Assembly (NCBI GenBank): GCA_050633305.1
Contig: JBOEGF010000037.1
Coordinates: 1-21,827, forward strand
Direction: 5' to 3'
Source: Nannocystales bacterium
GTDB taxonomy: Bacteria > Myxococcota_A > Polyangia > Nannocystales > Nannocystaceae
Length of the DNA: 21,827 nucleotides
The notes under the pieces: model-generated
Told to the model about the DNA's origin: nothing
The model's input: the letters and a program-made list of their open reading frames with translations, nothing else
The model's database searches: none
Shown: positions 7,629 through 16,160 of the stretch, one piece after another
Position numbering within the stretch: position 1 is the first letter of the stretch
Layout: every line of letters starts with the position of its first letter
Made by a program: the position numbers and the translations under genes

Positions 7629-9389
7629 ATGGCGGAGCGGATGATTGAATTGCGCATCGGGGGATGCCTAGCGATGTTGGGCCTCGCGGCTTGCGGTGGG
7701 TCCGGACCAAGCACCGAAGATGACTCCTCGGAGAGCTTCACGACCCTCACAACCCTCAGCGGCACGGAGAGTGACACGGCCCCGGACGACGGGTCCTCCG
7801 GCGGAGACACGGACGCTGGCGATGAAATCGACTTTCTCGAGGTCATCCCGGTCGAGTCTCTGATCGAGCTCGATCTGGGCGCGCCGACCACGATCGAGTT
7901 CGTCGTGGAAGCCAACTACAACGATGGCAGTACGGCGGACGTGACCGCACAAGCGGAGTGGGCCGTCACCAACGAAACGGTGGGTGTGATGAATGGGACG
8001 ACCTTCGAGGTCCCGGGGTTCGCGGACCCGTTCTTCGAGTCGACGATCATCACGGCGGCGGTCGATGGGAGCGTTGGGAAAGCGCAGGTGACGGTCGCGG
8101 CCTATGACCTGGCCAACGACTTCTTCTTCATCCTTCCCTTCAACGACGACGATGGTCCTCAGGACAAGCCGTTGACGTTCAGCACCGACGTGAAGGCGCT
8201 CGACGTGTTCATCAACATGGACGTGACGGGCTCGATGGCGGACGAGATCAACAACCTCCGGGCGGCGCTGTCCGGGGACATCATCCCGGCAATTACCGCA
8301 CAGGTTCCAGACACCCAGTTCGGTGCGGGGTCCTTCGCGGACTTTCCGATTGCGCCGTATGGAAGCGTTGGGACGGACCAGCCGTTCACGTTGCTTCAAC
8401 CGATCACCGCGAATGTGACGGACGTGCAGATCGCGGTCGGCACCTACGTCGCCGCGGGTGGAAACGATGGGCCCGAGTCCAACATCGAGGCGCTGTATCA
8501 GATCGCAACGGGCGAAGGGCTGGTCGCTCCTGCGCCAACGATGGTCGCCCCCAACATGGTGGGCATCGGCGGCGTCGGCTTTCGCGAGGGGTCGTTCCCG
8601 CTTGTCGTGTCGATCACCGACGCGCTGAGCCACGATCCCATGGGCAACGCCGGATGCGACTTCGGGGGGCCCGAACTCTACAGTGGTGATGTCGCCACCA
8701 ACGCGCACAACCAGACCCAGGCCATGGACGCCCTGAACTCGATCTGCGGTCGGGTCATTCAGATCGCGATCGGGTCCACCGGGACGTGCTCCGCCTACGA
8801 TGACGGCGTGCAGTTCGCCGAGGCCACCGGGGCGACAGTTCCGACCGAGGCGTGGGACGTGGCGGGACGGCCCGCAGGCTGCGCGGTTGGGCAATGCTGC
8901 ACCGGGTTGTTTGGAGCCGGTGTGGCCCCTGGCGCGTCTGGGCTGTGCCCCATGACGTACCAGGCCAACGCCGACGGGACCGGCGTCGACAGCTCGTTCT
9001 CCAGCGCGGTCTCGCTCCTCGCGGCGTACGGGCAGTTTGACGTCACGAGTATGGTCACGGGCGTTGACGCCGACGTCGACGGCGAGGCATTGCCAGCGGG
9101 CACCACAACGGCTGACTTCATCCAGTCGGTGACCCCGGTCGACCACGGCCCGGTACCGCTTCCAGGGGTGGCAGATCCCGTCCTCACGCCGACCACCTTC
9201 GAGGGGGTCGTCCCGGACACCGATGTGATCTTCACGGTCACGGCGTTTAACGACTTCGTGGAGCAGGGGACCAGCCCACGGCTGTTTACGGCCAATATTC
9301 AGGTGCTGGCAGACTCCTGCGGGGAGCTGGACGACCGGGACGTGTTCATCCTCGTTCCGCCCGAAGAGCTCCCGCCCCCCGCGGGCTGA
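7629..9389 (+). CDS. Lipoprotein with an Ig-like (Big_2-type) domain and a VWA (integrin beta I-like) domain; CglD/CglB-like adhesin class
   Basis: Lipobox LAAC, acidic S/T linker, Ig signature ANYNDGSTADVTAQAEW, MIDAS-like DVFINMDVTGSM, GGNDGPES, FREGSFPLVVSITDA. Start at 7629 or 7641. Confidence 0.85.
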   Translation: MAERMIELRIGGCLAMLGLAACGGSGPSTEDDSSESFTTLTTLSGTESDTAPDDGSSGGDTDAGDEIDFLEVIPVESLIELDLGAPTTIEFVVEANYNDGSTADVTAQAEWAVTNETVGVMNGTTFEVPGFADPFFESTIITAAVDGSVGKAQVTVAAYDLANDFFFILPFNDDDGPQDKPLTFSTDVKALDVFINMDVTGSMADEINNLRAALSGDIIPAITAQVPDTQFGAGSFADFPIAPYGSVGTDQPFTLLQPITANVTDVQIAVGTYVAAGGNDGPESNIEALYQIATGEGLVAPAPTMVAPNMVGIGGVGFREGSFPLVVSITDALSHDPMGNAGCDFGGPELYSGDVATNAHNQTQAMDALNSICGRVIQIAIGSTGTCSAYDDGVQFAEATGATVPTEAWDVAGRPAGCAVGQCCTGLFGAGVAPGASGLCPMTYQANADGTGVDSSFSSAVSLLAAYGQFDVTSMVTGVDADVDGEALPAGTTTADFIQSVTPVDHGPVPLPGVADPVLTPTTFEGVVPDTDVIFTVTAFNDFVEQGTSPRLFTANIQVLADSCGELDDRDVFILVPPEELPPPAG

Positions 9390-9413
9390 GCCCACAGCGC
9401 GCCCTCACATCGA

Positions 9414-9444
9414 CCCCCGAGGCACCGAGCCCGGGGGATTTTTT
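9414..9444 (+). terminator. Rho-independent terminator
   Basis: CCCCCG-A-GGC-accga-GCC-CGGGGG followed by ATTTTTT. Confidence 0.8.
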
Positions 9445-9503
9445 GTGAAAATCTTGCCGATCCGCTGCGACAAGCCAAAGCCGAGTCCGTCTTCGTCGAC
9501 ATC

Positions 9504-10223
9504 ATGGGCGCCATTGCAGCGATCGTCACCGCCATCTCAATCATCGTTCTGATCTACGGCCTGCTGATGCGCCGCAAGGCGTCCAGGATCACCAAGGCCG
9601 ATCACCTGCAGTCCGGAGCTGCTGGGGCGACGCCCGATGGCAAGGCTGTCAGTGTCCAAGGCCGTCCCGTCGCGCAACCGCTCGTCTCTCCCGTCACGGG
9701 AACCCAGTGCCTGTACTACGAGGTCGAGATCGAAGGCTTCTGGAAAGACGGCGACACCAAGAAGAGCAAGACCTACTACGAGGACAAGCAAGGGCAGGTC
9801 GGCGTGGACGACGGCTCCGGTGTGCTTCCGCTCAACCTCGCTGGCGGCGGCGACTTCGACCTCAAGCAGACGTTCGAAGAGAAGCACAAAGAGGGCATGT
9901 TCGACGACCTCAAGAACGCGGTCGGCAAAGGGAAGGCGATCGAGTTCGGCAACTTCCAGTTCCAAAACCCCGTCAACTCCAAGGCCAACGAGTTCGTCTG
10001 CAAAGAGAAGGTCTTCCTGGCTGACGGCGGCACCGTCTACGCCGCCGGCTACATGAAGCAGGGCGTTCTGTCTGGCAAGGGTCTGTTCTCCTTGCTCGTC
10101 AGCCCCAAGACCCGCGAGCAGCTGCTCGACGAGGCGCTTGGCAACGCAAAGAAAGCCCTCATGGGCGGCGGCATCGGAGCCGGAGTCGGCATCCTCGTCG
10201 GCATCATCTCCAACTTCCTGTAG
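9504..10223 (+). CDS. GIDE-domain (MUL1/MAPL intermembrane-domain-like) two-TM protein
   Basis: N-terminal TM, then VSVQG...PLVSPVTGTQCLYYEVEIE, VDDGSGVLPLN and EKVFLADGGTVYAAG, then a C-terminal TM. This layout is typical of prokaryotic GIDE proteins. No RING domain. Confidence 0.75.
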   Translation: MGAIAAIVTAISIIVLIYGLLMRRKASRITKADHLQSGAAGATPDGKAVSVQGRPVAQPLVSPVTGTQCLYYEVEIEGFWKDGDTKKSKTYYEDKQGQVGVDDGSGVLPLNLAGGGDFDLKQTFEEKHKEGMFDDLKNAVGKGKAIEFGNFQFQNPVNSKANEFVCKEKVFLADGGTVYAAGYMKQGVLSGKGLFSLLVSPKTREQLLDEALGNAKKALMGGGIGAGVGILVGIISNFL

Positions 10224-10247
10224 GAGTCCGGCCGTTGCAGGCCCGTG

Positions 10248-10284
10248 GACCGGCGCTCAGCTTCGGCTGTTCGTCGGTCTTTGT
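10248..10284 (+). terminator. Rho-independent terminator
   Basis: GACCGGCG/CGTCGGTC outer stem, CAGC-TTCG-GCTG inner stem with a C(UUCG)G tetraloop, followed by TTTGT. Confidence 0.7.
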
Positions 10285-10371
10285 GCGTCCGAGGGACGTG
10301 TCCGGTTCGGGGTGTCCCCGCTGCGGGTTGTCGCTTGTCCTCGCGTTGCGTTCGAGGCGAGAGTCCGGCGC

Positions 10372-11553
10372 ATGAGGACGACTCTTGGCATTGTTGCGGC
10401 GACACTTTTCTTGCTCGCGCCTTCATCGGTGAGCGCAGCCGAGTGGGGGAGCTACGGTCCCGCTCGAATGGCGTATCCAGCCGGTGCGCTGAGCGGAACC
10501 GCGCACGACGATCTCCGGGCCGCGATCGAGGCCGCGGGCGATGGCGTTGCGGCACCGACCGATGCGCTCACGGCCGAGTATCTCGACGGTGTCGACGTGT
10601 TCTACACGGGCATGCTCAGCGGAGGCACGGGGCCGATGGCGGGGGAGCTGGGCACCTTGTCGAATCCGGAGTCGGATGCCCTCGAGTCGTGGATCGGTGC
10701 AGGTGGGACCCTGGTCGTCACCGTGGACAGCACGGGCCTGCCCGGCGACATGTTCGCGACGGTCTACGAGAGTTGGGGGGCGCTGTTCGGGATGGACACT
10801 GTCGCGTTCGTGACCAACGAGGGAATGGCCGCTCCGGCGGGGGTGCATCCTCTGACCGCTGGCGTCGCGCAGTACTCGTGGGTCAACCACACCACGTTCG
10901 AGCTTGGGGATGACGCGCAGGTCCTAGGAGATAGCGCGGCTGGCGAGACGTTCCTTGCTGTGTTGGAGCCGTCCTCTGGGTTTGCGGCAGGGGGCCGAGT
11001 TGTCGTCATCGGAGACCACAACTTCTTCACCGACAACTTCATCGCCACGGCCGACAACGCAGTTCTGGCGGCCAACCTCATTCAATGGGCGGCGGGCGAG
11101 TGCGGCAACGACATCCTCGAAGAGGATGAGGCGTGCGACGACGGCAACGTGGACGACGACGACGGGTGCTCGGCCGCGTGTGAGGTCGAGGCTGGCGGTG
11201 GTACGAGCAGCACGGGTGGGTCGTCGACGGAGACAGGAGACGACACCAGCACGTCTGGGGACGGGGGAGACGCGTCCTCCAGCGGTCCGGGACGACCGGG
11301 CAGCACGGGGTCTACGGGTGCTGAAACGTCGAGTACGGGCTCCGAGACCACGAGCGGAGGAGGCTCGACCACCGATCCCGCGCCCGGGACGACATCCCAG
11401 GGGACCAGCAGCACGGGCGGCACGGGGGACACAGATGGTGGTGGAGGGGCCTCGAGCGGCTCCGGGTGTACGCAGGGCGGCCCCGTCCGCTCGGGATGGG
11501 CGCTCGCGCTGCTGCTGCTCGGCATGCGCCGTCGTCGGCCCCGTTCGCACTGA
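10372..11553 (+). CDS. MYXO-CTERM surface protein with a class I GATase-like (GIFT/DUF4350-like) domain and a Myxococcus cysteine-rich repeat (DUF4215)
   Basis: Signal peptide from ATG 10372. LSNPESDALESWIGAGGTLVV and GRVVVIGDHNFF...DNAVLAANLIQW; CGNDILEEDEACDDGNVDDDDGCSAAC; G/S/T linker; C-terminal GC...WALALLLLGMRRRR. Confidence 0.9.
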   Translation: MRTTLGIVAATLFLLAPSSVSAAEWGSYGPARMAYPAGALSGTAHDDLRAAIEAAGDGVAAPTDALTAEYLDGVDVFYTGMLSGGTGPMAGELGTLSNPESDALESWIGAGGTLVVTVDSTGLPGDMFATVYESWGALFGMDTVAFVTNEGMAAPAGVHPLTAGVAQYSWVNHTTFELGDDAQVLGDSAAGETFLAVLEPSSGFAAGGRVVVIGDHNFFTDNFIATADNAVLAANLIQWAAGECGNDILEEDEACDDGNVDDDDGCSAACEVEAGGGTSSTGGSSTETGDDTSTSGDGGDASSSGPGRPGSTGSTGAETSSTGSETTSGGGSTTDPAPGTTSQGTSSTGGTGDTDGGGGASSGSGCTQGGPVRSGWALALLLLGMRRRRPRSH

Positions 11554-11554
11554 G

Positions 11555-11578
11555 CGGAGCTGCATTGCGTCAGCTCCG
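11555..11578. terminator. Hairpin between convergent genes
   Basis: CGGAGCTG-8 nt-CAGCTCCG lies immediately after the stop at 11553 and 32 bp from the convergent stop at 11611. Confidence 0.45.
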
Positions 11579-11610
11579 GCGGCACCATGCTCCGCGTCGT
11601 GCCGGCCCGC

Positions 11611-12864
11611 TCAGCCGGGGTCGAGCCGCGCGCGAACCAGCATGGAGTCGGCGTCGGTGATGTTGCCGGCGCCGCATCCACCGTTCTGCACCGCGTACAC
11701 GTAGCCGTCGGGCGCCTGAGCCCACGCATGGGCGCTGGGCAGGTGCCCGATGTGCCTGTCGAGGGTCAGCGCGCCAGCGTCGTCGACCTCGAGCAAGCGA
11801 AGGGATCCGGTGCACGCTTCGCCGACCAGGGTGCGGCCGTTGAGCAGGCCGTCGTACGGGTCGTCGCCCTGGTCGCGATACGAAACGGCCACGAAGATCA
11901 CACGGCTCTGCACCGGGACGGCGTCGGGGTTTTCGGTGACGTACTTGTCGATGCCGTGTTTGATCGCGATGACCGGCTCGGAGAGTCCTTCGCAGTCCCC
12001 TTCGCAGGGCCCCTCGGAGATGCTCCAGCCGAAGTTCTGCGCGGCCGCGGTCACGACGTCGATCTCCTCGAAGTCGTCCGCGCCAACATCACCCACCCAA
12101 TAGAACCCGCGCTCATCGAGCGTTCCGGTCCAAGGGCTACGAAAGCCATAGGCGTACACGTCGCTGTCGGGGAACGGACCGTCCGGGACCGGGTCGTAGC
12201 CGGTCTCGGCGAGGTCGCGGCGCGGGATGATGCGGATGAGTGAGCCCAGGCCCGTGGCCGGGTCTTGGGCGTTGGCCGCGACGTTCTTCTCGCCGAACAA
12301 GGCCCACATCACGCCCTCATCATCGAACCCGATGGCACCGACGTTGTGCCAAGGGCGAGTCGCGTTCTCGTACCCCAGCCGCAGGACCTCGGTTCCCGAT
12401 GCTCCCGTGCCCGCGTAGTCGGAGGTGTCCCAGACATACCGCTCGATGACACTGTCGGTCTGGCTGACGCAACGGCCCACGTAAAACAAGTTGTTGGTGG
12501 CGAAGTCGGGATCGAAGGCGAGCGAGATGATGCCGCAGTCGGATTCGGTGTGGGTCCCGGCGATGGGCACCGTCCCAAGCTCGGTCACGGTGTCGCCGTC
12601 GAGGCCGTAGTGCCAAAGCGAGCCGTTCTTGCCGAGGAGAATGAACTCGTTGGCGTTCGGCAGGAATCGCATGCCCGTGACCTCGGCGCGGGTGCTCGGG
12701 AGGCTCAACGGTTCGAAGGTCAGCAGCGGTGGTGCGTCCGGATCCTCGGTCGCGGAATCGGCGGTCTCTGCCGCCGAGGACTCCGGTGTGGAGTCCGACG
12801 GGCAGCCCGCTGTGGCGGCGAGCAGGAGGCATCCGCCGAGTCGATACAGAGCGTTAGGCGTCAT
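11611..12864 (-). CDS. GSDH-family (PQQ-dependent sugar dehydrogenase-like) lipoprotein
   Basis: Lipobox TAGC. DCGIISLAFDPDF, WHNVGAIGFDDEG, YAYGFRSPW, VGDVGADDFEEIDVV, NFGW. Alternative start TTG 12888. Confidence 0.88.
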   Translation of the reverse strand: MTPNALYRLGGCLLLAATAGCPSDSTPESSAAETADSATEDPDAPPLLTFEPLSLPSTRAEVTGMRFLPNANEFILLGKNGSLWHYGLDGDTVTELGTVPIAGTHTESDCGIISLAFDPDFATNNLFYVGRCVSQTDSVIERYVWDTSDYAGTGASGTEVLRLGYENATRPWHNVGAIGFDDEGVMWALFGEKNVAANAQDPATGLGSLIRIIPRRDLAETGYDPVPDGPFPDSDVYAYGFRSPWTGTLDERGFYWVGDVGADDFEEIDVVTAAAQNFGWSISEGPCEGDCEGLSEPVIAIKHGIDKYVTENPDAVPVQSRVIFVAVSYRDQGDDPYDGLLNGRTLVGEACTGSLRLLEVDDAGALTLDRHIGHLPSAHAWAQAPDGYVYAVQNGGCGAGNITDADSMLVRARLDPG

Positions 12865-12921
12865 GAGCAGCTTCAATTCAGATCGCAAGAGCGCTCAGCC
12901 TACACTGCGTCGGGCCGATGG

Positions 12922-13464
12922 TCAGGGCGTGCCGACCCACGTCGCGAACGCCGCCACGAAACCGGCGAGGTGTTCGCAGGTGCTCGGGTCGGTCAGGTTG
13001 CCGGCCGCGTCGAACTTCTCCTTCGCGGCGCCGACGAGAACTTCGGGATACGCGAACACCGGCGCCGCCATGCCGAGCATGATGCCCTTGAGGTGCGCCT
13101 GCGCCCGGGCGGTTCCCACCACGGAGTACGAGGCTCCGAGCATGGCGGTCTTCTTTCCCGCAAAGACGGACCGGTAGGCGGGGCGAGATGCCCAGTCCAG
13201 TGCGTTCTTGAGGACACCGGGCACGGAGTAGTTGTACTCCGGCGTCGCGATCAGCAATCCGTCGGCGGCGGCGATGGCGGCCTTGAAGACCGCGACCGGG
13301 CCTGGGTCACCCGCTGCGGCAAGGTCACCGTCGTAGTGCGGAAGCTCGCCGATCGACAGGGCTTGAAAGGTGACGCCTTCAGGGGCGACGTCACGGCATG
13401 CGGAAAGGAGTCCGCGGTTGATCGAGGCCTTGCGAAGACTTCCGGCAATGGTTGCGATGTTCAT
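12922..13464 (-). CDS. NAD(P)H-dependent FMN reductase (ChrR/SsuE flavodoxin-like family)
   Basis: GSLRKASINRGL, ADGLLIATPEYNYSVPGVLKNALDWASRP, GTARAQAHL. Confidence 0.95.
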   Translation of the reverse strand: MNIATIAGSLRKASINRGLLSACRDVAPEGVTFQALSIGELPHYDGDLAAAGDPGPVAVFKAAIAAADGLLIATPEYNYSVPGVLKNALDWASRPAYRSVFAGKKTAMLGASYSVVGTARAQAHLKGIMLGMAAPVFAYPEVLVGAAKEKFDAAGNLTDPSTCEHLAGFVAAFATWVGTP

Positions 13465-13481
13465 CCGAAGCGTCCGTCGAA

Positions 13482-14180
13482 TCAGGGGAGGTCGAAGACG
13501 AGGACTTCAGCCTCGCCGTTGGCGGTGAGATGGAGGGTGCTGGCGTCGTCCGTGCCCAGCGCGTCCCCCGCTTGCAGAGCGTGCCCGTCGACGGTCACCG
13601 AGCCGTGGGCGAGGTGGACCCAGGCTCGTCTGCCCGGCTGGACCGCGTGTTCGACGGTCGTCCCATCGGTGAGGACCCCGGCGAACATCAAGGCGTCCTG
13701 GCGGATGCGGATCGAGTCCTCACGACCGTCTCCACTGGCAACGACGCGAAGCTGGTCGAGGCGCTGCGCGCGGGAGAAGTGTTGCTGGCCGTAGCGAGGT
13801 TCGCCGCCGCGTTGCGAGGGCTGGATCCAAATCTGCAAGAAGTGGAGGCCCTCTACCTTGGATCCGTTGAACTCGCTGTGAGTGACGCCTGTGCCCGCGG
13901 ACATGTGCTGTACATCTCCAGGCCGGATGACCGAACCATTGCCCATCGAGTCCTTGTGTTCGAGCGTTCCTTCGAGCACGTAGCTGATGATCTCCATGTC
14001 TCGATGGGGGTGCGTGCCGAACCCCATCCCTGGTTGGACACGGTCCTCGTTGATGACCCGCAGCGGTCCAAAGCCCATGTGCTCCGGATCGTGGTAGTTG
14101 GCGAAGGAGAACGTGTGGCGGCTTTCGAGCCAGCCGTGCTCAGCGTGTCCCCGTGCGTTGGAGCGGCGAAGTTGAAGCAT
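13482..14180 (-). CDS. Pirin family protein (YhhW-like bicupin)
   Basis: RGHAEHGWLESRHTFSFANY, GFGTHPHRDMEIISYVLEGTLEHKDSMGN, MSAGTGVTHSEFN, FLQIWI. True start is ATG 14180, not 14459. Confidence 0.97.
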   Translation of the reverse strand: MLQLRRSNARGHAEHGWLESRHTFSFANYHDPEHMGFGPLRVINEDRVQPGMGFGTHPHRDMEIISYVLEGTLEHKDSMGNGSVIRPGDVQHMSAGTGVTHSEFNGSKVEGLHFLQIWIQPSQRGGEPRYGQQHFSRAQRLDQLRVVASGDGREDSIRIRQDALMFAGVLTDGTTVEHAVQPGRRAWVHLAHGSVTVDGHALQAGDALGTDDASTLHLTANGEAEVLVFDLP

Positions 14181-14190
14181 CTCGGCTCCC

Positions 14191-14219
14191 AACGTAGGTC
14201 CGAGGGGGCATGATGTAAA
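14191..14219 (-). promoter_or_regulatory. Sigma70-type promoter of the pirin-FMN reductase operon
   Basis: Minus strand TTTACA (14219-14214), 17 bp, TACGTT (14196-14191), 10 nt before the pirin ATG, in an AT-rich island. Confidence 0.65.
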
Positions 14220-14232
14220 ATGATGAGAAGTG

Positions 14233-14254
14233 CACATTTTGTTCACAAAATGTG
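14233..14254. promoter_or_regulatory. Probable LysR-type regulator binding site
   Basis: Perfect inverted repeat CACATTTTG-ttca-CAAAATGTG containing T-N11-A, centred about 60 bp upstream of the predicted pirin transcription start, the usual position of an LTTR recognition site. Confidence 0.7.
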
Positions 14255-14278
14255 ATGTCTCCCGCGTTAGCCTCTGGC

Positions 14279-15232
14279 GTGGTGTCGCGCTTTGCTCTGC
14301 TGATTCTCCTCGGTTCCATCGCATGTGCGGGCGGTGACCAAAACCAGCCTGCTGGCGCCACGCTCGGGTCCGGCTCGGACAGCTCCCAGGACACGGAGGT
14401 CGCCACGACCGGCATCTCCGGGGGCGAGGGTGCGGGCTCGGATGCATCGGCGACCTCAACGACGAGCGAGCCGACCAACGGCGTGACGACGGTGACCGCG
14501 TCCACCACCGAGGACGGCTCGGATGGTTCGAGCGGGGAAGAGGATGGCTCGTCCTCGAGCGGAGGGAGTGTGCAGAGCTGGCATCGCTACTCTCTCGACC
14601 TGACGCAAGGCACCTGGTCTCAGGTACCGCTGAGCGAGATCTGGGTGGGAGACAACGCGCCGCCGCCCACAGGGATCACTGCAACGACATCGTTCACGCA
14701 TTTCGACCGGCTGTTCGTGATCGCCGAGGATCGGATGGTCTACGAGCAAGCCGACGGGGTCTGGCAGACGCCCGAGCTTTTGGACACGCGCTTCCCGGCC
14801 GCGGCGGGTATGGATATCGATGCCATGGTGCATACGCCCGGGCAGGAGGCCGACGATGTCGAAGAACTCTTCCTGCTGGAGACGCCGGTGGCGGTGGTCT
14901 ACGAGCAGTTCGAGAACGGCGGCCTCGAACTCTCGCAGGTCGCCGACCTGATGGACCACGATGGCGGTGCGCCGCAGGGCACCGTCGACGTCATTTGGAC
15001 CATTGGTCGAGCCGACCCCTCGGGCATCGGGTCCGATGCGGATTGGCTCGTGTGGCACCAGGCGTACTCCAACGGAGACCTCTGGCGGTTCAACGCGGCG
15101 TTCCAATGGGTCTCGGCGCCGCTGGACGACAACGTCTACTTCACCGGTGCCGCCGGAGAGCCCGACGTGTTCAGCGTGGAGGCGGCGTACTTCGACGACG
15201 GCTTCCAGCGCGCGCACTTCATCGCGCCTTGA
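14279..15232 (+). CDS. Hypothetical lipoprotein with an S/T linker and a hemopexin-like propeller domain
   Basis: Lipobox SIAC, long S/T/G/D/E linker, then repeats resembling hemopexin blades (PLSEIWVG..PPPTGITAT, PELLDTRFPAAAGMDIDAM, SVEAAYFDDGFQRAHF). Start uncertain (14252, 14255, 14279 or 14282). Confidence 0.75.
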   Translation: MVSRFALLILLGSIACAGGDQNQPAGATLGSGSDSSQDTEVATTGISGGEGAGSDASATSTTSEPTNGVTTVTASTTEDGSDGSSGEEDGSSSSGGSVQSWHRYSLDLTQGTWSQVPLSEIWVGDNAPPPTGITATTSFTHFDRLFVIAEDRMVYEQADGVWQTPELLDTRFPAAAGMDIDAMVHTPGQEADDVEELFLLETPVAVVYEQFENGGLELSQVADLMDHDGGAPQGTVDVIWTIGRADPSGIGSDADWLVWHQAYSNGDLWRFNAAFQWVSAPLDDNVYFTGAAGEPDVFSVEAAYFDDGFQRAHFIAP

Positions 15233-15242
15233 GGACCCGGTC

Positions 15243-16142
15243 ATGGCTTCGCTCGATCGACTGACGCTCGACCAGCTCCGAGTCTGGGTCGCAGTGGTCG
15301 AGGCAGGGAGTTTTTCAGCTGCGGGTCGTCGGTTGGGCAAGGTTCAATCGGCGATCAGCCAGTCGGTCGCGACGCTGGAGGACTCGCTGGGAATCGTGGT
15401 GTTCGACCGCGAAGCGGGGAAGGGCGCTCTGACCCCGGCGGGGGCGGCATTGTTTCCGCAGGTTCGCGGCGTGCTGGCTTCGGTGGCGCGCTTGGGCGGA
15501 CATGCTCGGGCGCTCGATGCCGGGCGAGAAGCCGAGCTGTCGATCGTCTGCGATGCGGTCTTTCCTCGAGCCGTCTTGGTCACGCTCGCCTCGAAACTCG
15601 CCGTGGAGTTTCCCGACATCGCGCTGAGAACGGAGACCGAGGTGCTTCAGGGGGTGGTCCAACGTGTTGAAGTGGGTGCTTGCCGTCTGGGCGTGATCGG
15701 GCCGGACGTCGAGGTGCCGGAGTCTCTCGAACGCACATCAGCGGGTGCGGTTCAGATGGTCCCAGTCGTGGCCCCCTCGCATCCACTGGCCGGTCGAGCG
15801 TCCAGCGACGCCGCGTTGACCGAGCATGTGCAACTGGTGTTGCAAGGCGTTCATGGCGGTGATGCCCCCGACCGTGCAGTGCTCTCACCGCGGACCTGGC
15901 GGGTCGGAGACCTCTCCATCAAGGCCGCGATGCTGCGGGCGGGGTTGGGCTGGGGAAACCTCCCGATGCCCGAAATCGCGGCGGACTTGGAGCGCGGGAC
16001 GCTGGTCCGACTCCAGGTCGACGCTTGGGCAGACCACGCCCACGACCTCGGACTGTCGGTGGTCTATCGTAGAGACGAGGGCCTGGGCCCGGTGGCCACC
16101 TGGACGATCCGGACCCTGCGTTCACTGTGTAGCCGCGGTTGA
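15243..16142 (+). CDS. LysR-family transcriptional regulator
   Basis: LDQLRVWVAVVEAGSFSAAGRRLGKVQSAISQSVATLEDSLGIVVFDR helix-turn-helix; C-terminal AGLGWGNLP. GAGG RBS before ATG 15243. Confidence 0.97.
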   Translation: MASLDRLTLDQLRVWVAVVEAGSFSAAGRRLGKVQSAISQSVATLEDSLGIVVFDREAGKGALTPAGAALFPQVRGVLASVARLGGHARALDAGREAELSIVCDAVFPRAVLVTLASKLAVEFPDIALRTETEVLQGVVQRVEVGACRLGVIGPDVEVPESLERTSAGAVQMVPVVAPSHPLAGRASSDAALTEHVQLVLQGVHGGDAPDRAVLSPRTWRVGDLSIKAAMLRAGLGWGNLPMPEIAADLERGTLVRLQVDAWADHAHDLGLSVVYRRDEGLGPVATWTIRTLRSLCSRG

Positions 16143-16160
16143 CACGACCGCGTGAACGAG

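Noticed and set aside
7668..9395. 575-aa ORF on the - strand
   Set aside because: Antisense shadow of the VWA lipoprotein; Arg/Gly/Val-rich with no recognisable domain.
11190..11465. Low-complexity repeat-like DNA
   Set aside because: Encodes a G/S/T linker; no fixed-period repeats or spacers, so not a CRISPR array or tandem repeat.
12265..13794. 509-aa ORF on the + strand
   Set aside because: Spans three genuine minus-strand genes; shadow ORF.
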